A stretch of 64,000 bases of DNA. It comes from Terriglobia bacterium. Lineage in GTDB: Bacteria; Acidobacteriota; Terriglobia; Acidiferrales; UBA7541. Position 1 is the stretch's first letter. Every line of letters begins with the position of its first letter. The position numbers and the translations under genes are program-made. A model generated the notes under the pieces. The model saw only the letters and a program-made list of their open reading frames with translations. It ran no database searches and was not told where the DNA came from. Location: assembly GCA_963819015.1 (NCBI GenBank), contig CAWFUN010000007.1, positions 677,741-741,740 of the forward strand, written 5' to 3'. Of the stretch, positions 46,729-56,047 are shown piece after piece.

Positions 46729-47952
46729 TTACCCGCCCGGTCGAGAAAGAACATGTGTGAAGCGCATCTTGTACCGCAGGAAAGGTTGCTCCAGCCAGCG
46801 ATAGGAAACTGCCGCCAACAGGACTGTGATTGCGAGTGCCGCCGCGCCGGCCCCAAGGCCTCCCAGACGCATATGGTCTGCCACTGAGATCGAAAATATG
46901 TGATAGACGTAAAGCCCGTACGAAATTCGACCCAAATAGATTAACGAAGCACCAATCCGCCTGGGCAGTCGATCCAGTCTCATAGACAGGCTAACGAACA
47001 CCAAGGCCCCACACGAAAGTGCAACAACGGGATAGCCAATAAAAACGCTCGGCGGGTGAGGCCCACCGTCAACGGGTGCGAAACGCTCCACGAATACGGG
47101 CGCCAACAGGGCGGCAATTCCGAGCGTTCCTCCGACGATCCACGAGAGATTCGGCCGCTTTCCTTTCAACCAGACTGCGAGCAAGATGCCGCATGCTATG
47201 GAATCCAAGTGAGAGAACGTATTGCACCAGCCGGCGATGGGGCTTGCATGCGCGATCATCAACACCACGCGGCTCGCCGCGGCAACGAAAAACATCGCTA
47301 TCGCCACGGCCGCCAAACGTCCGATCCCGACCAAACGGACTATGAGGGGCCAAATCAGGTAGAACTGCTCCTCAAGCGAAACGCTCCAGAGGGCATCCGC
47401 CGAGGTCCTCGCGTATCCGCGGATTGCACAAATCCAATTACCAGTCAGCAGGAGAAAACACAGCAAGTAGGAGAGCGGCAGGCCATGGGAGTAGGGAAAA
47501 AACCGGGGCAATACGAACGTGGATAAACCCAGAAACATAAAGTACAGCGGCCAGATCCGCAGGATCCGACGCGCATAGAATCCGCGAACTTCGAGCTTTC
47601 CTGTGCTCAGAACTTCCCGGATCAATAATTCAGTAATTAAATAAGCGCTGAGGACGAAGAAAAGGTCGACCCCGTACTTGCCGGATGCAACCGTGGCTGA
47701 AATCCATTGGGCAGCAGACTTTGGCAGGCCGTGCCGCTGATAGCTTTCAAGATCAAGGGCGGTCGCCAGGTCGTGATACAAGAAAACGCCGAAGAAGGCC
47801 GCGAACCGCAAAGCGTCCAGCTCGGGCCTGTAGAAGCGCCCGCTCCGGCTGTCCAGTGCAGGCGATCGCTCGGGTTCGGCGGGAGGGGAGGCCGACCCCC
47901 AGGCTGGCGCGAGGGAAACGTCGGCTTGGATGGTCCTATCGGTAATCGTCAA
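46729..47952 (-). CDS. acyltransferase family 3 (OatA/WecH-like) membrane protein
   Basis: 407 aa, ~10 TM segments; N-terminal FYRPELDALRFAAFFGVFLYH and the SYYLY-like core of PF01757 O-acyltransferases. Confidence 0.8.
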   Translation of the reverse strand: MTITDRTIQADVSLAPAWGSASPPAEPERSPALDSRSGRFYRPELDALRFAAFFGVFLYHDLATALDLESYQRHGLPKSAAQWISATVASGKYGVDLFFVLSAYLITELLIREVLSTGKLEVRGFYARRILRIWPLYFMFLGLSTFVLPRFFPYSHGLPLSYLLCFLLLTGNWICAIRGYARTSADALWSVSLEEQFYLIWPLIVRLVGIGRLAAVAIAMFFVAAASRVVLMIAHASPIAGWCNTFSHLDSIACGILLAVWLKGKRPNLSWIVGGTLGIAALLAPVFVERFAPVDGGPHPPSVFIGYPVVALSCGALVFVSLSMRLDRLPRRIGASLIYLGRISYGLYVYHIFSISVADHMRLGGLGAGAAALAITVLLAAVSYRWLEQPFLRYKMRFTHVLSRPGG

Positions 47953-48060
47953 GCGATGACCTCATGTGGACCGGCAATTAGCCCGTCCAGGGGATGCCTA
48001 GTCTTGAGGGCGCTCGACGCTAGAAAGTTGGGCAGCAAATTGCCAGGCTATTGGAACGCT

Positions 48061-48168
48061 TCACAGCAACTGTGATTCGAATCGCTGATTCCCTATCAGC
48101 AGGATTGCCGACGCAATCCCAAGACAAACAACCGATGGCCCACCTATCCTCGTGAAGCGCGCAATCAT
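48061..48168 (-). pseudogene. 35-codon remnant ORF duplicating the start and signal peptide of the 808-aa secreted protein gene
   Basis: MIARFTRIGGPSVVCLGIASAILLIGNQRFESQLL* versus MIARVMKIVGLFAICLGVAGAMLLMGNQRFEP... of 48426..50852. About 130 nt of upstream leader (cctccgag..catgat.gcgcgc) is also conserved between the two sites. Confidence 0.4.
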
Positions 48169-48425
48169 GCTGTGCCTCCGAGACGAGACGGATGAGCGCC
48201 CCACGGCGCCGGGACACCCCTGGCAATAGCGATGGGAACACGACGGAGAAGACGCCCATGACGCCAGACGGAAGTTGCCCCGCTATTTAAGTATCAGAAT
48301 GAATGCAGGAGAGAGCAATAGCCCTGTGGTACTCGTGGTACTGGTGCTCCTGTGTAGTACACCAGGGCCTGCGTCGCCGGAGGGCGAGGGTGGAAGGTGA
48401 GGGTGGAGACCGTTATTAGCCGGCG

Positions 48426-50852
48426 CTATTGGATGGCGTTCTTAAAGCCGACTATGATCGCCCCATAACTGTTCGTGCCAGTCGCAGTGGCCGTGGCTGT
48501 GTAGCTGCCCGTGTTGGAAACGGCCATATCCTCGATGAGGCTGGTCGCGTCTATGAGTTCTACCGTGTAACCCGGGCCGGGCGTGAACGGATAGTCCTGG
48601 TAGTCCGCGAAGCCAAACAAGCCGATGACGGTTTCATATTGGGCGGTTGTGGCGCCGCTGGGTCCGGTGGTCAGCGCCAACGTCCCACTTCCCGTGTTCA
48701 TATGATACGTGCCTGCATCCAGAGGCGCGACCGTGTCGAGTCCCGAGTATTCGATCACATCAACTAAGGAAATATTCGCCACCGGCCCAGAGAAATTCGC
48801 GGTGACGCCGTTAGTGTAGGAAACATTCTTGGCGTACCAGGCCTGAATGTAGTTGCCTCCCCCCATGTCTATCTGCGGGCCGAGGGCGATAAACGTGTTC
48901 GCGCCGCCGGAGATCGTTGCCGTGATCCCCGCGCCATCCCAGTGCAAGAAGACCAAGAAGAGATCTCCAGGCGTCGGGATGAGGTTAAAATAAGTAGTCG
49001 TAGTTGTCACCCCAGGGCCGCCATCTCCCGACTGCTGTTGGACCACCACACCGTTGCTGCCGAGTCCCAGTTGAGATACTTGAACCGTGCAGCCTGTACC
49101 GGAAGTATCCCCATCGCACGGATACGTGGGGCTCGAATTTCCAATCCACGAGTAATAGATGTTAGCCCCGCCAGGCGAATTGCTGTCGTTGTCCACGACG
49201 ATTCCGCTCGCCCCGCCGCTGGCGGGTATCGCCCCCGCGATCTGTACAGTTCCGCCCGTGACCGCGGCTCCGTAGACGCACCCTTCTCCAGCGCAGGTCA
49301 TAGGTGCACCAACGCCGGCATTGCCGGCTGCCTGTACGCTAAAGAAAACGAAATCCGCGTTGCTGGTAGTGTTATAAAACTCGGAGACCGGAGAGCACTC
49401 CGTGCCGGCTACAGTGGCCGCTCTGAACTCCTCCGTCGCAGCGCCTATGGTCCCGCCCGTCACCGCGATTTGATAAAGCTCCGGCCGGTCCGGACCACCG
49501 TTATTCCCACAAACGTAGAGGTTCCCGGTCCCAGTCCCCGCGCCGGTGTCGCTGCTGTAATAAGCGTTATCGAAAACGCCCGAATGGAACGGGACGGTAT
49601 TTGCCGTTCCCACGAGCACGGGCCCCGTTTGTGTTCCGAGGGTGGCGGCGTCGGCTTCCCCAACCTCCGCTCCGGACGTAGTTCTGGCGAAGACGAAAAC
49701 CATGCCGGTGGTGCCGTCAACAATCGGCGGGTCCGTAATGCTGGTGGCTCCCGCGATCGTCCAACTTGCGCCCGCGGATGCGTTAAATGTGACGGGGGCC
49801 ACCGTTACGTAGCTCAGCTGGCCTGTGCTGTCTCCCACGAACACATGACCAGAAGTTTCGTCGTAGATGGGACCTGTCAACGCATGACCGGCGTTGACCG
49901 TGAACGGCCAGCCGGTGGAACCGCCGGACACTTCGGCTGGAGTGCCGTCGAAGATTCCGTTGAAGAGATGCAAGACGCCGGCGTCGTCACCCACAAATAT
50001 CATGTCGAAGGCATAGTCGTAGTAGGGCGAGGATGGAGTGATGGCGCCTGCTCCGCCGGTGTCGTCCGCACCGCCGGCGAAATCTATGCTGTAAAGGCAT
50101 CCCTGGTTGGTCGAGTTCGGCGTGCAGCTTCGAAAGGCACTGGCGGATGCGCTGTCCGTCAGCGTGACCGGCGAAGCCAGCGTGCCCGCGCCCCCCGTGT
50201 AGGGCTTGAGAATATGCAGCGTGGCCGTTCCACCCTTGCCCTCGACCCAAGCTACTTGCGTTCCATCCAAGGAAAGAATCGGAGACGTGATCGCCGCGCC
50301 GCCGTGGCTCTGCACGCTATAGGCCCAGAGTGTGCTGGGCACGCCCGAACACGTTCCGGTATAGAGTTCATTCAGGGAGTAGATGTCGGTAACGCCGGCG
50401 CCGGCCTGGCTTGTCGTGAACACGACGAAATCATTCGTGCAGTCGGGAGCGGCGTTCACATCGAAGGTGTACTTCGCAGGGAAGACGCCGTCGCCCATGG
50501 TGTAGCCGGCGCCGGGCATTACCTGCGCCCAATCCAGATGGATATTGTTTGGGGCTGGCTTGTTCTGCCGAAATCGGACCGGTTGGGGAAGCGGCCGTCT
50601 GCCGATCGGAGGGCGATGGGAAAAATTCCTGCGGAGAAATTGTTGGGCATATCTCGGCTGTCGCTGCACCTGCAAGTTCTGGATGATGGACTTCGGATGG
50701 GAATAAACCATGTGCCGATGAGACCAGTCCTGAACCACCGGGACGCGATTCGACCGTGGCTCAAATCGCTGATTCCCCATCAGAAGCATGGCCCCCGCCA
50801 CCCCAAGGCAGATTGCAAAAAGCCCAACGATCTTCATTACGCGCGCGATCAT
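48426..50852 (-). CDS. large secreted Gly/Thr/Ala-rich protein of unknown function, embedded in the EPS locus
   Basis: 808 aa; signal peptide MIARVMKIVGLFAICLGVAGAMLLMG; long low-complexity beta-rich sequence with many GxxG/TG turns; no catalytic motif recognised. Confidence 0.65.
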   Translation of the reverse strand: MIARVMKIVGLFAICLGVAGAMLLMGNQRFEPRSNRVPVVQDWSHRHMVYSHPKSIIQNLQVQRQPRYAQQFLRRNFSHRPPIGRRPLPQPVRFRQNKPAPNNIHLDWAQVMPGAGYTMGDGVFPAKYTFDVNAAPDCTNDFVVFTTSQAGAGVTDIYSLNELYTGTCSGVPSTLWAYSVQSHGGAAITSPILSLDGTQVAWVEGKGGTATLHILKPYTGGAGTLASPVTLTDSASASAFRSCTPNSTNQGCLYSIDFAGGADDTGGAGAITPSSPYYDYAFDMIFVGDDAGVLHLFNGIFDGTPAEVSGGSTGWPFTVNAGHALTGPIYDETSGHVFVGDSTGQLSYVTVAPVTFNASAGASWTIAGATSITDPPIVDGTTGMVFVFARTTSGAEVGEADAATLGTQTGPVLVGTANTVPFHSGVFDNAYYSSDTGAGTGTGNLYVCGNNGGPDRPELYQIAVTGGTIGAATEEFRAATVAGTECSPVSEFYNTTSNADFVFFSVQAAGNAGVGAPMTCAGEGCVYGAAVTGGTVQIAGAIPASGGASGIVVDNDSNSPGGANIYYSWIGNSSPTYPCDGDTSGTGCTVQVSQLGLGSNGVVVQQQSGDGGPGVTTTTTYFNLIPTPGDLFLVFLHWDGAGITATISGGANTFIALGPQIDMGGGNYIQAWYAKNVSYTNGVTANFSGPVANISLVDVIEYSGLDTVAPLDAGTYHMNTGSGTLALTTGPSGATTAQYETVIGLFGFADYQDYPFTPGPGYTVELIDATSLIEDMAVSNTGSYTATATATGTNSYGAIIVGFKNAIQ

Positions 50853-51269
50853 GCTAAGCCTCCGAGGCTAGACGGTTGTGTACCCCACACTGCAGAAATG
50901 CGACTGGCGACAGCGATGCCACAGCAAGCAAATCGATTGTCCCCCGACCCACGCAAACAGAACTACCGCTGACCCCAGACGGATGCTCCGCCCGTTACCT
51001 AAGTATGAAGATTGAGCAAGACAAGTTCAATAGGTTTGAAGGACTAGTAGGGCTATAGCTCCCATTTGACACAGGTGTCAGGGCGGTGCAGCCTGAAACA
51101 AGACCCCTTGCAATTCTCAACTAACCGATTTAGAAACAATGACTTACGGGTGAGGTACGGCAGGCCCTTAGCCCCTCTCTGGCGCAATTGAAAATGGACG
51201 ACCACGCCATTCGCTGCCAATTGGGGGTCTTAAATATGGGTCCAGCCGAGCCACAGCGCACGCCGACGC

Positions 51270-52649
51270 TCAAGCCCTAATTCCAGCCTCACGGGTCGAA
51301 CCGCTTAGGGTATACGCCAGACTTTCGCCATCGAGAGAGGCGTACGCAAGGCGGGCGCGTTCACTCCCGGGACCTTCGATTTCCCAGCGGCCATCCTTCC
51401 GGATCAGGCTCATTTGAGCGCGATCCCTCCACCACCGGTTCACATCCCGGGGGAGCGCCAACCAAACATCATGCGTCGAGCCCAGTGCGGCCAGGTAGGC
51501 AAGCAATTCCGAATACGTGGCGCGCGCGCGCTTTTCAATAATGTAATCGGGATGGACGACCGTGCAGATGAGGCCGTGCCCTTGCAGGATCAAGCCGATT
51601 TGCTTCTTCCAAAGATCGATCGAGTAATCGCGCAAAACGTGGAAGAGCGGGTAATCCTGGGTTGTGGTCAGTGGAATTTCCAGGATTTTGCCGATGAAGT
51701 AGGGAAACGTGGTGCAGCAGCCGCCAGGTTGGGGATCCAGATGGCCGACATTGGGCACGGACATGTCATAGGAGAACGTGAATTCATCGTACCAGTCGGT
51801 ATTGCGATACAACACACCCGAGCGAAAACCTTGCGCACCCCAGTCACTTGCGATCCGATTGATCTTGGCGGCACGGGAGAGAAAAGTGGCTCGATCGGAA
51901 TAGAGGTGTCCATCGTGGTTCCAGTCGTGGACATCCACTTCGAAGCCGCGGCGCTCGATCTCATCGCGGACTTGCTGAGAGGTGTGATAACGGCCCTCGG
52001 GAATGATTTGGAAAGAAGACTTTATTCCGTAGGAATCGTTCAGGTCCATAAGGGACGAGCAGAAATCGAGCCCGGTTTTTGTCTCAACGTCGTGGGTCAT
52101 GACGGCGCAAGCGGACTTTCCTTCCGGCCAAAACCAAATGAAGGGGATCTTCTCGCCCCCCCGGGCTTTCAGGGCAAATAACATCAGTCTCTCGAATATC
52201 TGATCGACGGAGCGGTCAACGGGCCAGCGAGGAAAGGGCTTTTGATCCCAACCCCGAAGCGAAATCCTCTGGAGGTGCTTGCGAATAGAAACCGGGAGGA
52301 TGGGCCGCACGGCGTAATAGGCCTTGCGGACCAGACCTCTATGAGCCAGCCCCCCGCCGTCAGAAGGACCATCGGCAACGTAGCGCTCGCAACGCAGGTT
52401 CTCGACGACAGAACCGGGATCGAACGAAATCAGGCAGGCGCCGCCGTCCATCCGCACATCGGAACTGGCGTCATGCAACTCACGGCGCACATCGTCCGAT
52501 GCAAAGGCCACGCCCACCTGGCCGTAGCCAATCGCCTCGGGCCCGAACTTGAAGAAGCCCGGCGCTCCCAATCCCGGCTGGATCAATGCGAGATTGAAGG
52601 AATCTTCGGGACAGCGAAAGAAATCGATCAGTGCTTCGTTGATTTTCAT
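51270..52649 (-). CDS. polysaccharide deacetylase family protein (CE4; PEP-CTERM-locus subfamily-like)
   Basis: Start at MKINEALIDFF. The CAVMTHDVETKTG (NodB-like TxDxE) and WNHDGH metal-binding motifs are typical of EPS-locus deacetylases. Confidence 0.8.
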   Translation of the reverse strand: MKINEALIDFFRCPEDSFNLALIQPGLGAPGFFKFGPEAIGYGQVGVAFASDDVRRELHDASSDVRMDGGACLISFDPGSVVENLRCERYVADGPSDGGGLAHRGLVRKAYYAVRPILPVSIRKHLQRISLRGWDQKPFPRWPVDRSVDQIFERLMLFALKARGGEKIPFIWFWPEGKSACAVMTHDVETKTGLDFCSSLMDLNDSYGIKSSFQIIPEGRYHTSQQVRDEIERRGFEVDVHDWNHDGHLYSDRATFLSRAAKINRIASDWGAQGFRSGVLYRNTDWYDEFTFSYDMSVPNVGHLDPQPGGCCTTFPYFIGKILEIPLTTTQDYPLFHVLRDYSIDLWKKQIGLILQGHGLICTVVHPDYIIEKRARATYSELLAYLAALGSTHDVWLALPRDVNRWWRDRAQMSLIRKDGRWEIEGPGSERARLAYASLDGESLAYTLSGSTREAGIRA

Positions 52650-52659
52650 AAGAGAAGCC

Positions 52660-53763
52660 TTACCCGATATGGCGGTAGAGGATTGCTCCCGCGGCAGAAA
52701 GAAGACGATTCGGCAGCAAGGGGAACACTTTGCGAGCAAGTTTCAGACTGAGCGTGCGTTCGCGGCCCGCGACCGGAGGCGGAGGATAACGGTAGTATCC
52801 GAGCTGCGAAACTTCGGCGGCAAAGTGCTCTTTGAAGGCGATGAGCCCCGGATTGTCGGTATCGCTCCGTCCAAAATCGAAGACCTCTGCGCCGGATTCC
52901 TTTGCGTCTTGAATCGCGCGCCAGACGAGAAAGGGGGTCCCGCCGAGATTGTTGCGTGCCGCATCAGAGCAGCCGTACTTGTACATGACGATCCGGTTGT
53001 GGGACAGGGTGAAGATGCTCGCGACGGGAATTCCATCCTTCATGGCGACCCGGATCAAGGCTTTTTCGCCCATGCAGAGCAAGAGGTTCCGAAACCACGA
53101 AAGGGGCTGAGGAGGCACTTCGTGGCGGCGACGCGTCTGTATCAGAAGCGAAAAGAACATTCGCAGCACTTCTTCGGAACGCCCTGCCTTCACGGCCAAT
53201 TTTTCCCGGTTCGCACGGTTGATCGGTTGCCGAACGCTCTTCTTGTTGAAGCGATTGAAGATCTCTTCGACGCTCGGGCGCAGATCCAGTTCATGAAGCG
53301 TATGGGTTGTGCAGTGGGCGAAGCCTGACCCCGGGTAAGGATCCGGCAATCCCGCGGGGAGCGGCCGCAACTCAATGTATTTCCAGTCCTCGTCCTCCTG
53401 ATACTGCCGGGCCTTGTTTAGAAGATTGGGAAGAGTTCCGGCGTCCTCGAATAGCGGGTCGCAGTGATCCGAGAAAGGCAGAGACACGATTCTCGGACCA
53501 GTGAGCCAGCTTCTGATCTTGCAGAGGACGAGGCCGTCCGAAAGAACTTCCCCCGGCTGGGCAGTTGTCAGGACAAACGGTTCGTACCCATAACTAACCT
53601 TTAGAGCCCTCAACCAGCCGGGAGTGTGGAATGCGCAGGCTCGCGGGTGCCCCTCGATGAACTCCGCCCAGCGACTGTCCTTCAGCGGATCTATTTCGCA
53701 GACGGGCGCAACCGATTCCGTCCGGTCGGGAAGATTCATCACGATCTGATCCATTGGCTGCAT
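52660..53763 (-). CDS. FemAB-family (GNAT-fold) protein, exopolysaccharide-locus associated
   Basis: 367 aa; resembles the FemAB-like proteins found in XrtA/PEP-CTERM EPS loci (FHTPGWLRAL..., LVWRAIQDAKESGAEVFDFGRS). Confidence 0.7.
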   Translation of the reverse strand: MQPMDQIVMNLPDRTESVAPVCEIDPLKDSRWAEFIEGHPRACAFHTPGWLRALKVSYGYEPFVLTTAQPGEVLSDGLVLCKIRSWLTGPRIVSLPFSDHCDPLFEDAGTLPNLLNKARQYQEDEDWKYIELRPLPAGLPDPYPGSGFAHCTTHTLHELDLRPSVEEIFNRFNKKSVRQPINRANREKLAVKAGRSEEVLRMFFSLLIQTRRRHEVPPQPLSWFRNLLLCMGEKALIRVAMKDGIPVASIFTLSHNRIVMYKYGCSDAARNNLGGTPFLVWRAIQDAKESGAEVFDFGRSDTDNPGLIAFKEHFAAEVSQLGYYRYPPPPVAGRERTLSLKLARKVFPLLPNRLLSAAGAILYRHIG

Positions 53764-53772
53764 GTCATATCC

Positions 53773-55146
53773 CTATACCGTTCCTGCAGAGACGAGTGAA
53801 TCCTCTGCGTCCGGGTTCGCGCCGTGGCTGGGGAGGAACGGAACCCCGCTGAAAAGGTTCAATACCGTCGCCTTGACCTCCGGCATCCTGGATTCGAGCT
53901 GGCGCCGGATCGCTTCGCGACGATCGAATGTTTGGCCGATTCCATCGAGGATTTCAGAAGTGGTTTGCGTGCGCGCATCCGCAACGATGGAGTCGATGCC
54001 CAGCGTTTCCATGACGCCCAAGAATTTGTCGCTATAGGCGACGCACACCGCCGGGATGCACTGCGAAACCGCTGCAATGCAGGCATGCATGCGCGAACCA
54101 ACCAGAAAGTCGCACTTGCCGATGATGTACTTGATTTCGCTCTGGTCGTAAGCGCCGCGCACGAATCCGAGCCGCCCCGGGTACCGTGCGTTCATCTTCG
54201 CGTAGACCTGCTCGCAGATTGCCTGATCGTTCTCCAGCCTGTCGCTCTCGCTGGCGTCAGCCGCGATGAAGACGTGCGGCACGAGAAGAACATCCGCGCC
54301 CCGCTCCTCGATGAGAAACCGAAGAAGCTCTCGAATGAACTCCTGGTAATCGATCCGCAGGCCGAACATGTTCTTGCGCGTGTAACCGCCGGCATAAAGG
54401 AGACCGCTGATATTCACGCCCACAACCGGCCGGGCGCGATTGCCGTCGAGCGACAACTCGGGAGTGTCCACGTGTAGCGGCGCCAGGGGCGGCAGGGAAA
54501 ACGCGAGGTCGTAGCAAAATAAGTATTTCCCCGGTTTCAAAGTTCCCAGAAGAGCTTCCATTTCGCGCAGGCCATTCCGGTCTCTTGTAAACACCCTCTC
54601 CGCATGCCTCAAGATATACCGCGCGACCACCCTGGAGAGCCGCCGACGAAATGGCCCCATCGTCTGCGGCAGCAGGACGAGTCTCTTGCCCATCAGCAAA
54701 ACGAGAACCTGCGGAAGCGACGTGTAGAAGAATCGGGCCATGCCATAGATATCGCTGAAGCTATCGCCGCCCGCTACGGAGGCGAACAGCTCGATCCGGT
54801 CGATCATGCGGAGGCAGTCGTTCTTGGCCGTGATCCACCGGCGGAATCTCGCGGACGGGATCACCTTCATCAGGACGGCAAGGAAGAGAAGAACCGCGAT
54901 GTTGTTGGGCAGATAGAATTTCTTGGAAAACCTCATGTTGATGAGCGGGACTTCCAGTTCCCTGCTTTCCAGCTTCAGGCGATGGACCGCGCTCTCGCTC
55001 GAATAGTCCAGCAGTGAGACGCAGGCGTTGGGATAACCCTTCAAAATACAATTGATCGCGCTCGCAGCGAGCGCGCCGACACCCATGTTGCCTGTGTCGA
55101 ACGTGGCTCCAAGCAGGGCAACCCGCATCTGTTTGGGATCAGACAT
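53773..55146 (-). CDS. polysaccharide pyruvyl transferase family protein
   Basis: Start at MSDPKQMRVALLGATFDTGNMGVGALAAS (GGAAG upstream), typical of CsaB/WcaK-like pyruvyl transferases; C-terminal GSRMHACIAAVSQCIPAVCVAYSDKF. Confidence 0.8.
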   Translation of the reverse strand: MSDPKQMRVALLGATFDTGNMGVGALAASAINCILKGYPNACVSLLDYSSESAVHRLKLESRELEVPLINMRFSKKFYLPNNIAVLLFLAVLMKVIPSARFRRWITAKNDCLRMIDRIELFASVAGGDSFSDIYGMARFFYTSLPQVLVLLMGKRLVLLPQTMGPFRRRLSRVVARYILRHAERVFTRDRNGLREMEALLGTLKPGKYLFCYDLAFSLPPLAPLHVDTPELSLDGNRARPVVGVNISGLLYAGGYTRKNMFGLRIDYQEFIRELLRFLIEERGADVLLVPHVFIAADASESDRLENDQAICEQVYAKMNARYPGRLGFVRGAYDQSEIKYIIGKCDFLVGSRMHACIAAVSQCIPAVCVAYSDKFLGVMETLGIDSIVADARTQTTSEILDGIGQTFDRREAIRRQLESRMPEVKATVLNLFSGVPFLPSHGANPDAEDSLVSAGTV

Positions 55147-56047
55147 TTGCTTCCCTGTTGTGATGGCCGTACGTGCCAGGCGCTGCGGCGGCCAGTGACG
55201 GCTTCTGTGCGGATTCGAGCGCATCGCGCTCCTGTTGCACAGCCGCCCGCAGGGCGCCGACGTCTTCCCAACGCTTGCCGACCTTACGCGGCCAGAGAAC
55301 CCGGTGAGCGGTGTCGCGGGCGATTCGATTCATGGCCGGCGTGCACCACTTCGTGATGGTGGTGCAGCAGGTGTGTATGGGCAACTCGCCAGGCCATTTG
55401 TTGCGCAAATAGAAATAGCCGCGCCAGAAATCCTGCGGGAAGTATTGGATGCCGTTCGTGTTATGGATACAAAACGCGGAAGCGACGTAGCTTCTCATGC
55501 CCAGACGCTTCGCCTCCAGACAGATGTCGGTTCCATAGAGATGAAACCCGGGCAATTGCTCATCGAACTTCAGGCCGGAGGAGCGGCGGAGAACGAGCAC
55601 AATCTCATCCAACGATACAACTTCGACAGGCTTGGGGAAAGGTTGGCCCAAAATTGTCTGGAGGCCGGTCGAGTAGCAATATCCCCGAAATTCCTGGCGG
55701 CGAGTGGATTCCACGCCAGCCACTCCAAGGACTCCCCAGCCGGGATCTGCCTCCGCCAGAGCGGCCACGGCGCGATCGAGATCGCTGGTCCAGCCCGGCG
55801 GCAAGATTACGTCTTGATGAGCAAAGACAAGAAGTTCGTGCGCTGCTTCGGAGATTCCAGCGTTATAGGCCTTCCCCGCTGATGCAAAACCCTGTTTCGC
55901 AATGACCTGGCACTGATCACCGATCACCGGAGAAGCAAGCAGATTACTGCGCAGCGTCCGGTCATTGTTTGAGGCAACGATCAAGGACCAGCGATCCAGT
56001 TTTTGGAGAACTGGAGTTTGATGGGCGTTTTCAGGAATGGCGATCAC
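55139..56047 (-). CDS. glycosyltransferase (GT-A fold, family-2-like)
   Basis: 302 aa; SLIVASNND, AYNAGISEA and HQDV (DxD-like) segments consistent with a GT-A glycosyltransferase. It overlaps the flanking operon genes by 4-8 nt. Confidence 0.5.
   Translation of the reverse strand: MIAIPENAHQTPVLQKLDRWSLIVASNNDRTLRSNLLASPVIGDQCQVIAKQGFASAGKAYNAGISEAAHELLVFAHQDVILPPGWTSDLDRAVAALAEADPGWGVLGVAGVESTRRQEFRGYCYSTGLQTILGQPFPKPVEVVSLDEIVLVLRRSSGLKFDEQLPGFHLYGTDICLEAKRLGMRSYVASAFCIHNTNGIQYFPQDFWRGYFYLRNKWPGELPIHTCCTTITKWCTPAMNRIARDTAHRVLWPRKVGKRWEDVGALRAAVQQERDALESAQKPSLAAAAPGTYGHHNREANV

Noticed and set aside
48942-50972. 676-aa plus-strand ORF
   Set aside because: Antisense to the 808-aa secreted protein gene; Arg/Gly-rich.
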